A stretch of DNA of 64,000 bases from Eledone cirrhosa (lineage: Eukaryota), in the NCBI GenBank assembly GCA_964016885.1, contig OZ024753.1:36952001-37016000 (forward strand). The letters are read 5' to 3'. The translations under genes and the position numbers were made by a program. The notes under the pieces are model-generated. The model was not told where the DNA came from, made no database searches, and was given only the letters and a program-made list of their open reading frames with translations. Shown in pieces: positions 1-47,450 of this stretch (positions are counted from its first letter, which is position 1; the number at the start of each line of letters is the position of its first letter).

Positions 1-63
1 ATATGTATGTATATATATATATATGTATGTATATATATATATATGTATGTATATATATATATG

Positions 64-496
64 TACGGATAGTGGCTGCAAATTCACCCATTTACCTAGG
101 ACAAAACGATCTATCCCCACAAACAGCCACCACCATAATACATACTCTAATTTAACACCAACACAACCACCAATAACTCAAACAAGGAATCCACAAATCT
201 GCCGTTTTTCCCTGCGAGACAGATTGTGTTTAGACCGGGATTGTCCCTTTACCCATCTCCCGGGGACCCGTCGGATAAATGAAAATAAAATTAAAAATAA
301 AAGCAAAAACAAAAACCATAACCTACATAAAAATAACCACTACCACAGTCACCAACAGTCTTCTAAACAGGAAACTTCTTCCTCTTTTTTAGCCATAATG
401 AATCTGGCAAAAGAACTGGAAAAAAACATTCGAGCTATCACCCAGCACCACCCTCCACTATCACCCCACTGCACAAACTCCCATTGCTGCCATTAA
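64..496 (+). CDS. LINE ORF1 C-terminal remnant (CCCH zinc-finger-like)
   Basis: CTDSGCKFTHLP and CRFSLRDRLCLDRDCPFTHLP; overlaps the ORF2 start by 13 nt. The ORF-track start at 23 is microsatellite. Confidence 0.65.
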
Positions 497-3400
497 CAAA
501 CAAACAAATTAACAACACACCAAAACAATTAAAACCATCCACTCTCGCCTCTACATTTTTGCTTAACGCCCAAGGCATCAGCCCTTCCACCAATACTCAA
601 AAATGGAAGATCAAATTCCTGGAGGACTGGATTGATGTCCATCCAAACCACATCCCTTTCTTCGTCCTCACTGAAACCCATCTCAGTAACCTCCACTTGG
701 AAGCCGAGGTGAAAGTGAAAAATTTCAAAGCCATCCGTGCTGATCGCGCTGGCAGAAGAAAGGGCGGAACTGCCATTTATGTCCATAATTCTTTCTCAAC
801 AGAGGCTATGAACATATTCACTAATGGATACTGTGAGGCAGTCACTGTATTCAGTCAAACCAACAACCTATTAGTAGTTGGGCTCTATAGGCCACCCCAA
901 ACGCCTGTACCATGCTTCAAGGAATGCCTCAACAGCATAAAGTGTTTCATCCAAGAGTGTCACCCTGACAACATCTTAATGATGGGGGACTTCAACCTCC
1001 CCGGAGTTGACTGGTCCACAAACACCCTGCCACCAGGTTCTTCTGCCTCAACCTCTGACAGGGAAGCTGTGGAATCGCTTCTTGACTTCATGGATGATTT
1101 CTTCCTATCCCAACTAGTGCTCGAACCAACGAGGTGCCACAAAAACGTCCTAGACTTAATTTTCAGCAATCACACTGACAATATCCACAATATTGCAGTG
1201 GAGAAAACTCTACTCTCTGATCATGACATGGTTCTCTGTGATCTGAGATTCCACCGTCCAATATACAAACCCAATGTCATTTCTCCTGTCCATCCGTTTG
1301 ACGCTATGGATTTCCACAATGCAAACTGGGAAGCGATCAGTCATGATCTTGCACATGTCGACTGGTCCTTCACGCACACTCATACACCCACTAACATCAA
1401 AAAGTCCTGGCAGACATTTGTGGACACTGTTACAAACATATGTGCTAAACACACCCCATTAAGAACTATAAACAAATCTAAGAGCAGAATCCCTAGAAAT
1501 AGAAAAACACTCATCAGAAAAATTAAGAGAACGAACAAAAAAATCAACAAGCTGAAATACTGTCAGCAGCAACACATCAACTTGACTGCCATTTCATCAC
1601 TAGAGATTAAAAAACATAACCTCCAAAACAACATAATGTCCCTCATCAACAATCAGAGAAGAGCTGAAGAGGCCTGGGCCATTGAGAAGATCAAACTCAA
1701 TCCCAAAGTGTTCTTTTCATTTGCAAAAAAACACAAAATCACTGGCTCTACTGTTGGCCCTCTAATTGATGAAAATGGCACTCTTCAAGACAATGCTAAA
1801 ACCATGGGTGAGATACTGCAGAAACAATACTGCTCTGTTTTCAGCAATCCTGATATGGCCGATCTGGGCTGTATCGGCGATGTTACTCCCCATTACACCT
1901 TATCGGACATAACGTTTGGCGCCCCTGATGTCTTGGCGGCAATAAAGGAAATCAAGCATAATTCAGCAGTAGGTCCCGATAGGTTCCCTGCTTGTGTCTT
2001 GAAGGCGTGTCAACACCAACTTGCTTCTCCTCTTGCCAATCTGTGGCGGAACTCACTGGATGCTGGATATGTGCCAGAAAACCTTCTATCCCAGTCTGTT
2101 GTCCCAGTTTTCAAAAAGGGAAACAAATCCCTTGCCGTGAATTACCGTCCAATCTCACTCACCTCTCATATCATTAAGGTATTTGAGCGAGTGGTGAGAT
2201 CGCGAATGACCCACTTCCTTGAGAGTAACAATATGCTGAACTCCAACCAGCATGGATTCCGTAATGGAAGGGATTGCCTGACGCAACTACTGCATCACTT
2301 TGATGACATTTTGAGAGCCTTGGGAGAGGGTTCCAACACTGATGTTATCTACCTTGATTTCAGCAAGGCCTTTGACAGGGTTGATCATAACATTCTACTG
2401 AGAAAGCTGTCCAATATTGGTGTCACTGGAAAGCTGCTGCAGTGGATCAAGAGCTTCCTGTCAAACAGAACCCAACATGTTGTAGTTGAGGGAGTCAAAT
2501 CAAGCCCAGCCAAAGTCAGTAGTGGAGTCCCACAAGGCACTGTGTTGGGCCCACTTCTCTTCATCATCTATATTAATGACATCACTGACATCATCAAACA
2601 CAGCAACATTAAAATTTTCGCTGATGATTCCAAGCTCCAAAAGGTCATCAATGGCGTGGATGACCGGATAAGCCTTCAGTCAGACCTACTGGCTGTTACC
2701 CAATGGGCAGAAAAGAACAACATGTTACTGAACGAAGACAAATTCGAACTGATCCACTTTGGAAAAGAGGATGCTCTGAAACTCCCGTACTCCCTTCCCT
2801 CCGGGGAAACTCTCGTGGCATCTAACAACATCAGAGACTTGGGAGTAACCGTGGACAGCAACATAAGCTGGACCACGCATATAAGCAGCAAAGTTGACAT
2901 GGCCCGCAGAATGTGTTCCTGGATCCTCAGAACCTTCCAGTCGAGAGATTCCCGCACCATTATCCTTCTCTTCTCTACTTTCGCCCGACCACACCTTGAA
3001 TACTGTTGTCCACTGTGGTCTCCCCACACGAAACAAAGTATCATGAAACTTGAAGCTCCTCAAAGGGCAATCACGAAAAAGATAGATGGCATGTCAGACC
3101 TTGACTACTGGGGTCGATTGGAAAACCTGAAACTTTACTCACTCCAACGTCGCCGTGAGCGTTATATTATCTGCATGATGTGGAAAATGTTCCATCATCA
3201 CTGCCCAAATGATGTTGGCATCGCCTTCAAGATACACCCAAGGCTTGGGCCCCGTGCTATCCGTCCCATTCAAAAATCTAAATCGCAACTCATAACAACA
3301 ATACGGCACAATTATTTCACCTCAATCGGCCCTGCTCTCTTCAACATCACACCAGGACACGTCAAAACAGAAACTGACCACACAAAATTCAAGAAGTCTT

Positions 3401-3504
3401 TGGACAAATTCCTCCAAGTAATCCCGGACAAACCACCCACACCCGGATATGTCTCCGCAAACAGTAATTCTCTTCTCGAATGGGCCATGGTGCCCAAATC
3501 CTGA
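484..3504 (+). CDS. LINE ORF2: APE endonuclease + reverse transcriptase (1006 aa)
   Basis: APE motifs LTETHL, GLYRPP, MGDFNL, LDLIF, SDHD; RT motifs [35 protein letters not shown]; CR1-type C-terminus [11 protein letters not shown]. Confidence 0.95.
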   Translation: MLPLTNKQINNTPKQLKPSTLASTFLLNAQGISPSTNTQKWKIKFLEDWIDVHPNHIPFFVLTETHLSNLHLEAEVKVKNFKAIRADRAGRRKGGTAIYVHNSFSTEAMNIFTNGYCEAVTVFSQTNNLLVVGLYRPPQTPVPCFKECLNSIKCFIQECHPDNILMMGDFNLPGVDWSTNTLPPGSSASTSDREAVESLLDFMDDFFLSQLVLEPTRCHKNVLDLIFSNHTDNIHNIAVEKTLLSDHDMVLCDLRFHRPIYKPNVISPVHPFDAMDFHNANWEAISHDLAHVDWSFTHTHTPTNIKKSWQTFVDTVTNICAKHTPLRTINKSKSRIPRNRKTLIRKIKRTNKKINKLKYCQQQHINLTAISSLEIKKHNLQNNIMSLINNQRRAEEAWAIEKIKLNPKVFFSFAKKHKITGSTVGPLIDENGTLQDNAKTMGEILQKQYCSVFSNPDMADLGCIGDVTPHYTLSDITFGAPDVLAAIKEIKHNSAVGPDRFPACVLKACQHQLASPLANLWRNSLDAGYVPENLLSQSVVPVFKKGNKSLAVNYRPISLTSHIIKVFERVVRSRMTHFLESNNMLNSNQHGFRNGRDCLTQLLHHFDDILRALGEGSNTDVIYLDFSKAFDRVDHNILLRKLSNIGVTGKLLQWIKSFLSNRTQHVVVEGVKSSPAKVSSGVPQGTVLGPLLFIIYINDITDIIKHSNIKIFADDSKLQKVINGVDDRISLQSDLLAVTQWAEKNNMLLNEDKFELIHFGKEDALKLPYSLPSGETLVASNNIRDLGVTVDSNISWTTHISSKVDMARRMCSWILRTFQSRDSRTIILLFSTFARPHLEYCCPLWSPHTKQSIMKLEAPQRAITKKIDGMSDLDYWGRLENLKLYSLQRRRERYIICMMWKMFHHHCPNDVGIAFKIHPRLGPRAIRPIQKSKSQLITTIRHNYFTSIGPALFNITPGHVKTETDHTKFKKSLDKFLQVIPDKPPTPGYVSANSNSLLEWAMVPKS

Positions 3505-3589
3505 ATTGAAAGACTTCGCCAGGTGGTGCTATTAAGTTAGACATGGCCTGGGCCAATACTGGCCAAAACATTTCAAAGTTATTCAAAGT

Positions 3590-3647
3590 TATATATATAT
3601 ATATGTATGTATATATATATATGTATGTATATATATATATATGTATG

Positions 3648-3682
<35 letters not shown>

Positions 3683-3683
3683 G

Positions 3684-3715
<32 letters not shown>

Positions 3716-3811
3716 TATATGTATGTATATATATATATATGTATGTATATATATATATGTATGTATACATATATATATGTATGTATATATGTATGTATGT
3801 ATATACATATA

Positions 3812-3885
<74 letters not shown>
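3590..3885. repeat. (TA/TATG)n microsatellite
   Basis: Read directly; similar runs at 5492-5966, 6145-6305, 20880-21063, 30708-30768 and 30954-31010. Confidence 0.95.
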
Positions 3886-3889
<4 letters not shown>

Positions 3890-4826
3890 CTTGCAAACAC
3901 ATACATCCATATGTGATAAAGAAATTATCTATTTGACCCACATGTTTGTGCAATGGAAATCATATTAAATACTAAGATATTCCAATAGTGGTTGACCTGA
4001 AATATTCCTGGAGTTGGATTAATAAGAACTGTGACATTCAGACATTTAGACATTTTTTTATAAGTGTATTTAGTGGATATGACAAAGGTATCTTAGATAT
4101 CATCAAAACCAAGAATTGAAGTTCTTGAAATTTAAGAACTCATCCAAATAAGTAGACTTACTAACCCTGCCAAAAGTAATTTAGATAGAATTAGTAACAT
4201 GATCCTAGATTGGAGGCTGACATAAAACTGTTTATGCATTAGTGGCTCTGTGGTTGGAGTATTTGGCTCACAATTACAAGGTTGTGGGTTCGATTCTCAG
4301 CGGTGCGTTTTGTCCTTGCGCCAGACACTTTATTTCACGTTGCTCCAGTCAATTCAGCTGGTAAAAATGGTACCTGTAATTGAAAGGGCCAGCATTGTCA
4401 TATTCTGTGTTATGCTGAATCTCCCTGAGAACTACATTAAGGGTATGCATGTATGTGGAATGGAATGCTCAAAGACATAACACATCACCCAGTCCAGGAA
4501 TTGAATTCGCAACCTCACAATGCACCTTCCCTAAGTAGTAAGTCGTTAAAATACATGAACTTAGTAATATTAATAATTGTTTCTACTTTTGGCCCAAGGC
4601 CAGCAATTACCTCAGTACATTACTGGTACTTTATTTTATCGACCCCGTAAGGATGAAAGGCAAAGTTAACCTCGGCAGGATTTGAACTCAGATCTTAAAG
4701 GGTCATAACTCTATGCTGCAAAGCATAGTGTCTGATGCTCTACCAATACTGTCAAGCCACCGCATAAATATTTAACTTATGTTGAGTGCGGTGAGCTAGC
4801 AACTGGTCGAATTGGCTGCCATTTCT

Positions 4827-5125
4827 AATGATGATGATGACAATGATGATGATGAAGATGATGATGACAACGAAGATGATAATGATAATGATGACAATGA
4901 TGAAGATGACACTCATGATGATGAAGATGATGACACTGATGATGATGAAGATGATGACACTGATGATGATGAAGATGATGACGACGAAGATGATAAAGAT
5001 GACAATGATGATGATGATGATGATAATGATGATGATAATGATGATGATGACGATAATGACGATGATGAAGATGATAATGACAAATGATGATGATGATGTT
5101 GACAATGATGAATATAATGATGATG
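4827..5125. repeat. (GAT)n-type trinucleotide repeat
   Basis: Read directly. Confidence 0.95.
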
Positions 5126-5310
5126 AATAAACAACATATTCAACAGAAGATAATTATTATTTATTGGGGGGAGGGTGGTATTTATTTTCATCTGCATGCA
5201 TGCGTGTTTGCATACGGGAATATATCTGTATTGCACGTGTTTTTGAGAGTGTATGGTGTGTATGGTGTGTGTTTGAAAGTTAAATTCATTTTATAAAAAA
5301 ATACAATGTC

Positions 5311-39498
<34,188 letters not shown>

Positions 39499-42400
39499 AA
39501 TAGGATTCTGAAATCTGAAACAGGAAAAATAGTATAAACTAAGGTGGAATATTGGTGGAGTCATGAAGGCAGAGGATTAAATGTCTTGGTATTCGATCTA
39601 TCTCACTACGATGTGAGTTCAAGTCCCACTAGGATCAACTTTGTCTTTCATCCTTTCGAGATAAAAAAAATACCAGTCCAACACTGGGGTTGATTTCTCA
39701 TTATTATTTTCTATCTCTGGAAGAAACCAGTTGTAGTCAGATATGAAGAGGGGATGAGCATCACCAACTGTTTAAAGAAATTCCCAAGACGCTCCTTCAA
39801 CTCTATCAGAAGTTAAAGATCCTTTCTTTTCTGCCTTTCTTATATTATTTCCTCATATTGCAATAAATTCTTGAGAATTATCATCATAGATTTTACATCC
39901 ATTCTTCCATACTAGCATGGATTTGATAAGTTAGATTTATGATCATAATGTCATGGGTTTGACTTCTGGACTGGGTTGTGTCTAACGTTCTTGAGCAAAA
40001 CTCTTCATTTCATATTGCTCCAGTATACTCAACTGAAAATGAGTACCAGCAATAGCTGGGGGTTTAACACTGTAATGGACTGCATCCAGTCCAGGGGGAA
40101 GTCTTGTACTCTCAGCCATGGAAACCAAGGTAACAACTGGCTTAATGAGCCTCTGGGTTTGAGGCAGACTTTTTTTCTCTTGTACAGCAGCTCTCCACTT
40201 GTCTCTTACCTTTGTCAACTTTGTGAGGTGTAGTTTCTCGAAGTCAGTTTTTACCAAATCTCCTCATGCCTTCCTCTTCCACATCTTACCACCACTTTCC
40301 CCCTACTTTTATTGTCTCCTTTGTGGGGTGTAGTTTCTTGAAGTCCACATCTTTCTTTGCCTTCCTTTTCTTCGTTTTTGGGGTTTCTTTCATGAAAATA
40401 GCATGTGTGTGTGTGAATACATACCTATAAATGTGTGTGTATGTTTGTGTCATCATCATTTTAAGTTCATTTTTGATGCTGGGGTAGGTCAACTTGATCA
40501 AAACTGGCCTAGGGCTAAAAAGCACAATCATTTCTGTAATGACTTTATTATGCCTCTTCTTTCCCCACGTTCACTATGAAAAGACAGGATGGTCATAGCT
40601 AGAATAGATCTGCTTGAACAGGACTGGCCTAGGGCTAAACAATAATGATTTGTTGACTTATTGTTATGCATTGTTTCTTTCTGGAGACTATGTTGAAAAA
40701 TAAACCTCATTTGGTCATTTCATGAGAGTATCTTGGTCAGCCTATGAACTTTTCAACTGAGTCTCGTGTTATGAATGAACATGTCTCACTAGTACACAGC
40801 TGTGTGTGTGTATGATTACTCTATGACTGTGTGTGTTACATGCACACACATACTTCTGTATACATATTTGTTCTATGAAACTCAAGCGGAGAATTTTTGG
40901 TGTCTTTTAAATCTTCACTGCAACTACTAATTGATTTGAAACACACACAGAGTAACATACACAGACACACACACGCTAACAAGCACAGACTAACACTGAC
41001 ACACACAGACAGGCACATACACACACAAACACAGTGTCTCTGTCATCATTGTCACACTCATGCTTATATTTGACCTTGAAAGCTGACCTTGCTGCACATT
41101 TTCTAAGTATCTTGGTGAGAGCAGCAACAGTAGTAGTTTTTAGTACCACAGGTTGGGCATACATTCCTAATATTAATTAACTTTTAACCAATAAAATTCC
41201 AAGACAGAGCAGTTGAGAGAAACATAGCAATTAAGACTGGACAATAAGCAAAAATAAACAAACAAGTTTGAATACTGTCAGACACTAATCTACCAATTCT
41301 ATTGTACTAATGAAGTAGACAACCTACTGACTGGTGACTCCAGGCCAACAAATGAAAAGAAAAGAAAACAAAAAAATAATAATATGCAACATATTTATCT
41401 AGGTCTTTCAGACTTATTTTAGTTTGTATGACCTATCTTAGTTAGTATAACCTTAATTCTAAGGGCTTATCTTAGATCTTATGACTTATCATAATTCTTA
41501 TCTTTGTTCTGACTTATCTTAGTTAGGAGGACCTATTTTTGTTCTAAAGACTTATCTAAGTTCAAGGACAATTTTTAAATCCTTTCATTACCATATTTCT
41601 AATAAAAGACACTATGAGGGTCAGCTGAAACCTTCACAGGCTCGCAATATTTCACAGCTCTAGCATCACTTTTTCATAGTCAGCCTATGAACTTTTTAGC
41701 CCACCCTCACACCTATGATTTGTGAATAATTTCGAAAATAATGAAGAATATAAGGGATTTAGTAATATGTCTAATGTTCTCATTATTGAGCTAGTGTTTG
41801 GAACATAACTTAAGGGATTTTACATAAATTTATGATGTAAGGTTTTTGAGATAAATATAAACACTTTAAAATAGTTTTGTATCATAGAACCAGGGGTAGT
41901 TTCAGGCATGTCGGTATGATTATTTGACCTTTAGAAGGGTGAGAAATTTTATGTAGAATAATTGCCAAGAATCAGATCAAACTAGTGACAAGAGACACCA
42001 CTACCACCATCACCACATATTTACAATATCAGATAAAATGCCTTGTGGTGTATAGTAATGGCATGTGATGGAAATGGAGTGTGTGTGTGTGGGGGGGGGG
42101 GGGGGGGCTTTGAGGAATGGTGCCCCCCACTACTTTGCAGTTTCTCACAGAACAATGCAGGTAGGGTTTTATAGCAGTAAACCACCTCCTCCCCTATCTC
42201 AGCCTCAGAGGTCCTTAGCATATAGCCATACTCTTAATTCATAAAAATTCCTTTCCACCACTGACAATGGCTCTTTACAGTTCATAGGCTAACCAAGATA
42301 CTCTTAGGGAATGACAAAATGTGTTTTTTTTTTTCAACATGGTCCCTGAAAATAAACAATGCAGATATTTGTATACTATATATAAAAAAAGCACCAAGCA

Positions 42401-42929
42401 AACACTGTAAATGTGGCTGGCATTAGAAAGGACATCCATCTGTTGAAATCTAGCTAGAAACAGTTCTGTATGAGCAGGACACGGTCACCTGACCCAACTT
42501 GCCTCAAATAGGACACCCCGTCTAACCCATACTAGCATAGAAAGTGGATGTTAAACAATGATGATGATGATGATAATATACTTGTTACCTAATTTTTTTC
42601 ATTTCTATGTAAACCCCCAAATTTGTATTGTAACTTATCTTTGTAATATCTCCTTCATATGTTTCCTTTGTGACAAATCAAATAAATTATAATTATTATC
42701 ATTATCCCTATAATTTTTATCATTCTTATCATCAACATCAGCTGAAATATTATCACAAATATTATCTCTAATATAACATTGTCTTTTTGTTAAATCAGAG
42801 GTCAACAGTAAAGAAAAAACAGACAATATTAAATATCATCCCCACACATGATGTCAAAAAAATCTCTGACCTGAGGCTGAGAAAAAAATATACCCCTTGT
42901 GCCTCCACACACTTAGTCTAGCAAACCTT

Positions 42930-43160
42930 CCACTGTTCAAAGCACATCTAGAATGTTTCTTTCAGAATGGCTCTCAGCTTTATCATCACAAACCATATGA
43001 TCTCCTCTCAGCTATCAAAGCAGAAACCTTTCCGTGGTATCTTTATTTTTAAGCATAACCAGAAGTCAAAAGGAACCATGTTTGGAGAGTACGGAGTTTG
43101 GCAAATGAATGAAATGCTTTTCTTTGCCAAGAAACCTTGGATCAGTAATATTCCACCAAA
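42930..43160 (-). mobile_element. Degenerate mariner transposase remnant
   Basis: A minus frame reads QTPYSPNMVPFDFWLCLKIK, matching the mariner YSPDLAPxDFWLF motif. Confidence 0.6.
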
Positions 43161-45259
43161 CCATTCTTATTTCTGTTCTTTCCAACCTTCTCTACTGCAC
43201 CATGTTCAAACATCCATGTCTCGGTTTCATAAATCAGAAGTATCCACATTCTTTTCCACCCAGAATTACTCTTTTGAAGACCACAAATACATTAATAAAC
43301 TGCTGGCCAATAGAATAATTATGCCTTCAAAGTCATCATGATACTCATAAGTTGTTGTGATCGACAAAAGACAAGTATAGCTGGTTGGTTTAGAAGTTTG
43401 GTTGTAAAACATGTCCTTTTGTGTTTGGTTGCATTGTGTGGCACCTTGAGCAAGTGTTTTCCACTATAGCCACAAGTTGACCAATACCATGTGAGAAGAG
43501 TTGATTGATGGATTCTATACAGAAAGCAGTCATTTGCACGTATTGTCAGAGGTCAACAACCTGTTTGATAGCTGCCCTAAATCTGTAGGCCTAACATTCA
43601 ACCCAAATACTTTATGTAGGTAAAACTTGTCATAATACAGACACTCTTCAAGATACAACCAACACAACTTACAGCTCCTGGGATTTCCATGCAATCATTT
43701 TCCCTTGGTATCCATAATCCTTCAGCAGTTAAATTCAAAAATATTTCTATGCTTGAATAAAACATACCGTATATCTTTAGATATATAAAATTCACATACA
43801 TATTTGTATACAGCTATGTCAAAGCAAAATTCTAATTATATATATATATATACACAAAGAGGTAAAAACCATGTATAATAATTCATAGAAAAAAACATAA
43901 AATAGACTGTATTACTTACGTAGTACACAGCCTCCGGACTAACACTTTATTTATCAACACCAAAACAAATAAAGACAAAGTTGGCCTTGACAGAATTCGA
44001 ACTCAGAGTGCAGAGAGCCAGAACTAATTAACCCCATGCTCTAATGACTCTGCCAATTCACCATTTATTTATATGTATATATGGAGCCATACCTCCTGGT
44101 GGAGTCATAGGGGCACTGTTGTGACATATGGTATATCTTGGGCATTTTAAATCTGATGGAGCCCATCCTTCTCCAGGTCTGAACATAGCCAATTACTTCT
44201 AGAAAAGGAGAGGGGGGAGGGTGAAGGAGAGGAAGTGAAAAAGAGAGAGAGTGGAAAGGAAAGAGAGGAAAAATTGACCCCAGTACTGGACTAATACTTT
44301 ATTGACCTGGAATGGATGAAAGGCAAAGTTTGACCTCGACTAGATTTGAACTCAGAGCACAGAGAGCTGGATTGAATACCAAAAAGCATTCTATCTGATG
44401 TTTTAGCAACCCTGCCAATTCGCCACTTTTGTCTTTTTTATAACACAGTTGCAAAGATTGGTGAAAATGATACAAATACATATATATTGCACAATTTGGG
44501 AGGAGGGTATGGATGATGTCAGTTTTGGGACAAAAGGTGATATGATGTGATTGAAATTTGAAGTCAGGAGGTTTTGTTTTTAAGATTTTATCTCTTTATC
44601 TTCAATAGATGAGAATTAATTCAGTTGAATATGGTACATTTTACATATTTTTTCTTTTATATTCTTTTTTGTACTTTGTTGATGTTTTTTTTTATTAGTT
44701 ACAGTCAATTTTAGAAAAATTAATATTGTAGTTTTGAAAATAAAAATATAAATTCATCTTTTAAGTACATTGACAAAACAAAACAAAAACAAAATTCAAT
44801 GCTGTTGTAGCTTATAAAAGACATGACCAACGATATATATATATTATATATTTAAAGCAAAATAAAATTATAATCATCAAAACATATGCCAGTTTGAAGG
44901 AGAAAAATAAACATTAATATAATTGAAAGACATGTTTAAGTGTTTTGTTTTATTTTGGGGGGGTGTTTTTTTTTTCATCTCTTTTTGAGCCAACAGTTAA
45001 TCATATTATCAAACAATGATAAACTGGTGAAACAATACTGTATTTCAATTTTACTGCAGTCAAGTGGATTTCCTGGGATATACTACCATTCCTCACTTAA
45101 TCACCACTCCTCATTTAACGACCACCTCATTTAATTGTAACTCCTCACGACCAATTATCATAGAACTGAAATGAAATGAAATTTACAGTTCACACCTCTG
45201 CAGGATTAGTTGGCCTACTACAAAGTTGTATCTCATAGGAGCTTTCTGGAGTGTTTTAA

Positions 45260-45439
45260 CCCTTTAGTAATCAAACTGGCCGAATTCAGCCAGAATTCTC
45301 TCTCCTTTTTCTGTTCAAACTGGTTGTAACTGGCTACTCATACTGATGTTAAGGTAAAATAAATAATATCAAAATCTCGTAGATTCAATATTATATGAAA
45401 ATATAATAGCAAATATGAAGTAATGTAAATGCTAAAGGG
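45260..45439. mobile_element. piggyBac-like MITE
   Basis: TTAA|CCCTTTAG...CTAAAGGG|TTAA. Related copies at ~13880-14030 and ~60853-61064. Confidence 0.7.
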
Positions 45440-45646
45440 TTAATGGTAAGGACCGCAGTCCTATCAAGAAAAACAACATCAAATGAAGTGTCTTACTCAA
45501 AAACACAATACGCTGTCCAAGAATCAAACCCACGACCTTCTGATCATCAGTACAACACACTGACCACTAGGCCATGCACCAGTTGTAGAGTGAGCAGTAG
45601 CTATACCAAAAATTACTTCAGGATAAGAATGGCATACCATTATCTA

Positions 45647-45852
45647 CCGTATATACTCGAATATAAGCCACCCCACCCCCACCCCCTATTTTATGTCTGA
45701 GAAATGGACAAATATCCAAACCTTGTTTAAAGTTGAGGCAGTTAACCAACACGTTTAATATAAGCCCCACCCCGCCTAATTTTACCATCGATTTTTTTTT
45801 TCAGGGAGGAGGGAGGTCGCATATTCCTCGGCCTATATTCAAATATATACAG
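45647..45852. mobile_element. Tc2/pogo-like MITE
   Basis: TA|CCGTATATACTCGAATATAAGCC...GGCCTATATTCAAATATATACAG|TA: imperfect 23-bp TIRs and a TA target-site duplication. Confidence 0.72.
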
Positions 45853-46489
45853 TAATGTCAACATGAGTTAATGAATACTGATGATGAAATAGATAACAAA
45901 GAAGAACAATGTCAAGTAAAAGTGGGTGAAAAGATGTGTAATTAATTCTCAACGTCCTATACCACATTAACAAGACATCCTTGAAACAAAACAGCACTAT
46001 GACTTCATCACAATAGAAATTAAAGCCATCTGTCTAATACTGCAACTTTTCACAACAATTTGTCCACTAGTAAAGTTACTATAAACATTTGAATTAATAA
46101 ATATGTTTTTAGACATTAGGATGTTAAGAGTTACAAACTGGGACAAGTAATAATGGTCTGGTCCGGTTAGGTCTCTTCCTATCCTCATTGCTGAGGGTCA
46201 GAGACCATTGACATGGCTCTCCACTGGCTCTTCTCCCCAACCATGACCATGCACACTGCCAGCATACTTCACATCTAATCTTTGAGGTTAAGAGTTCAGC
46301 CTTGCCTTGGTCTTCTTTTTGGTCTCTTGTCAGTGATGCATCATCCCTCCAGGATATGGGGTGCAGAGGTTAGTTATTCATTATCATCATTATGATTTAA
46401 CATTTGTTTTTCCATGTTAACATGGGTTGGACGGGTTGTCATAGACCAAGTTTGTACTTAGAGTGACAAGTTAACAGTAGAAATCATGT

Positions 46490-47450
46490 TATCTAATATG
46501 TCGTCAGCCTTTTGGTACCAGCGAACAGGATGAAGAAGACATTGGCCCAGAGGATGGCAAGGGAGACATGCTGGAACAGCCACTCCACCTCTTGGTACCA
46601 GTGGACAGGATGAAGAAGACATTGACCCAGAAGATGGCAAGGGAGACATGCTGGAACAGCCACTCCACCTCTTGGTACCAGCGAACAGGATGAAGAAGAC
46701 ATTGGCCCAGAGGATGGCAAGGGAGACATGCTGGAACAGCCACTCCACCTCTTGGTACCAGTGGACAGGATGAAGAAGACATTGACCCAGAAGATGGCAA
46801 GGGAGACATGCTGGAACAGCCACTCCACCTCTTGGTACCAGCGAACAGGATGAAGAAGACATTGGCCCAGAGGATGGCAAGGGAGACATGCTGGAACAGC
46901 CACTCCACCTCTTGGTACCAGTGGACAGGATGAAGAAGACATTGACCCAGAAGATGGCAAGGGAGACATGCTGGAACAGCCACTCCACCTCTTGGTACCA
47001 GTGGACAGGATGAAGAAGACATTGACCCAGAGGATGGCAAGGGGGATGTGCTGGAACAGCCACTGCACGTCGCACCTACATGCAACCAGCTCTACTCTGC
47101 TAGCAGTGAGCAGGGATGTGGACCATTGGCAAAGAAAGCCACATGTCTCCACTGCTGCAGGCTCTACCATAAACCTATCAGAGAGTGGTTGATACTTGGA
47201 CATTTTGCCCTCTACAGTCTGGCAGATAGCCTAACAGACAAGGTTGACACTAGAAAAGGTGTAACAGCATGTAGCCTTCCAGATGAGGGGACTACCCCCA
47301 CAGAACAGGAAGACCTGTCATACCGTCTGGCCTTTTGCCATACCCTCAGTTCAGTCCTGCTGGCTCGAGCTGGGAAAGGAAGCATGTGCCATCCAGGCCA
47401 GGCTTTATCTCAGATGTGCTCGAGGTGGAGGGTATACATCTTGCTTACAT
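46490..47450 (-). mobile_element. CRE-like non-LTR retrotransposon 3' fragment (restriction-like endonuclease), frameshifted
   Basis: Minus frames give GKRPDGMT / PLIWKATCCYTFS / KYQPLSDRFMVEPAAVETCG / WLFQHIPLAILWVN, typical of RLE C-termini. Confidence 0.7.
46511..47063. repeat. 80-bp tandem array, ~6.9 copies, alternating A/B variants
   Basis: Units start at 46511, 46591, 46671, 46751, 46831, 46911 and 46991. Confidence 0.95.

Larger units (their letters stand above)
64..3590 (+). mobile_element. CR1-group (CR1/L2/jockey-like) non-LTR retrotransposon, 5'-truncated inside ORF1, ORF2 intact
   Basis: ORF1 remnant with CCCH-type motifs, then a 1006-aa EN+RT ORF and a short 3' UTR ending in a tandem TTCAAAGTTA. 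Both ends abut (TA/TATG)n. A fragment of the same 3' UTR occurs on minus at ~25050-25120. Confidence 0.9.

Noticed and set aside
46458-47203. Three overlapping ~200-aa ORFs
   Set aside because: Result of a stop-free 80-bp tandem unit in a retrotransposon remnant.
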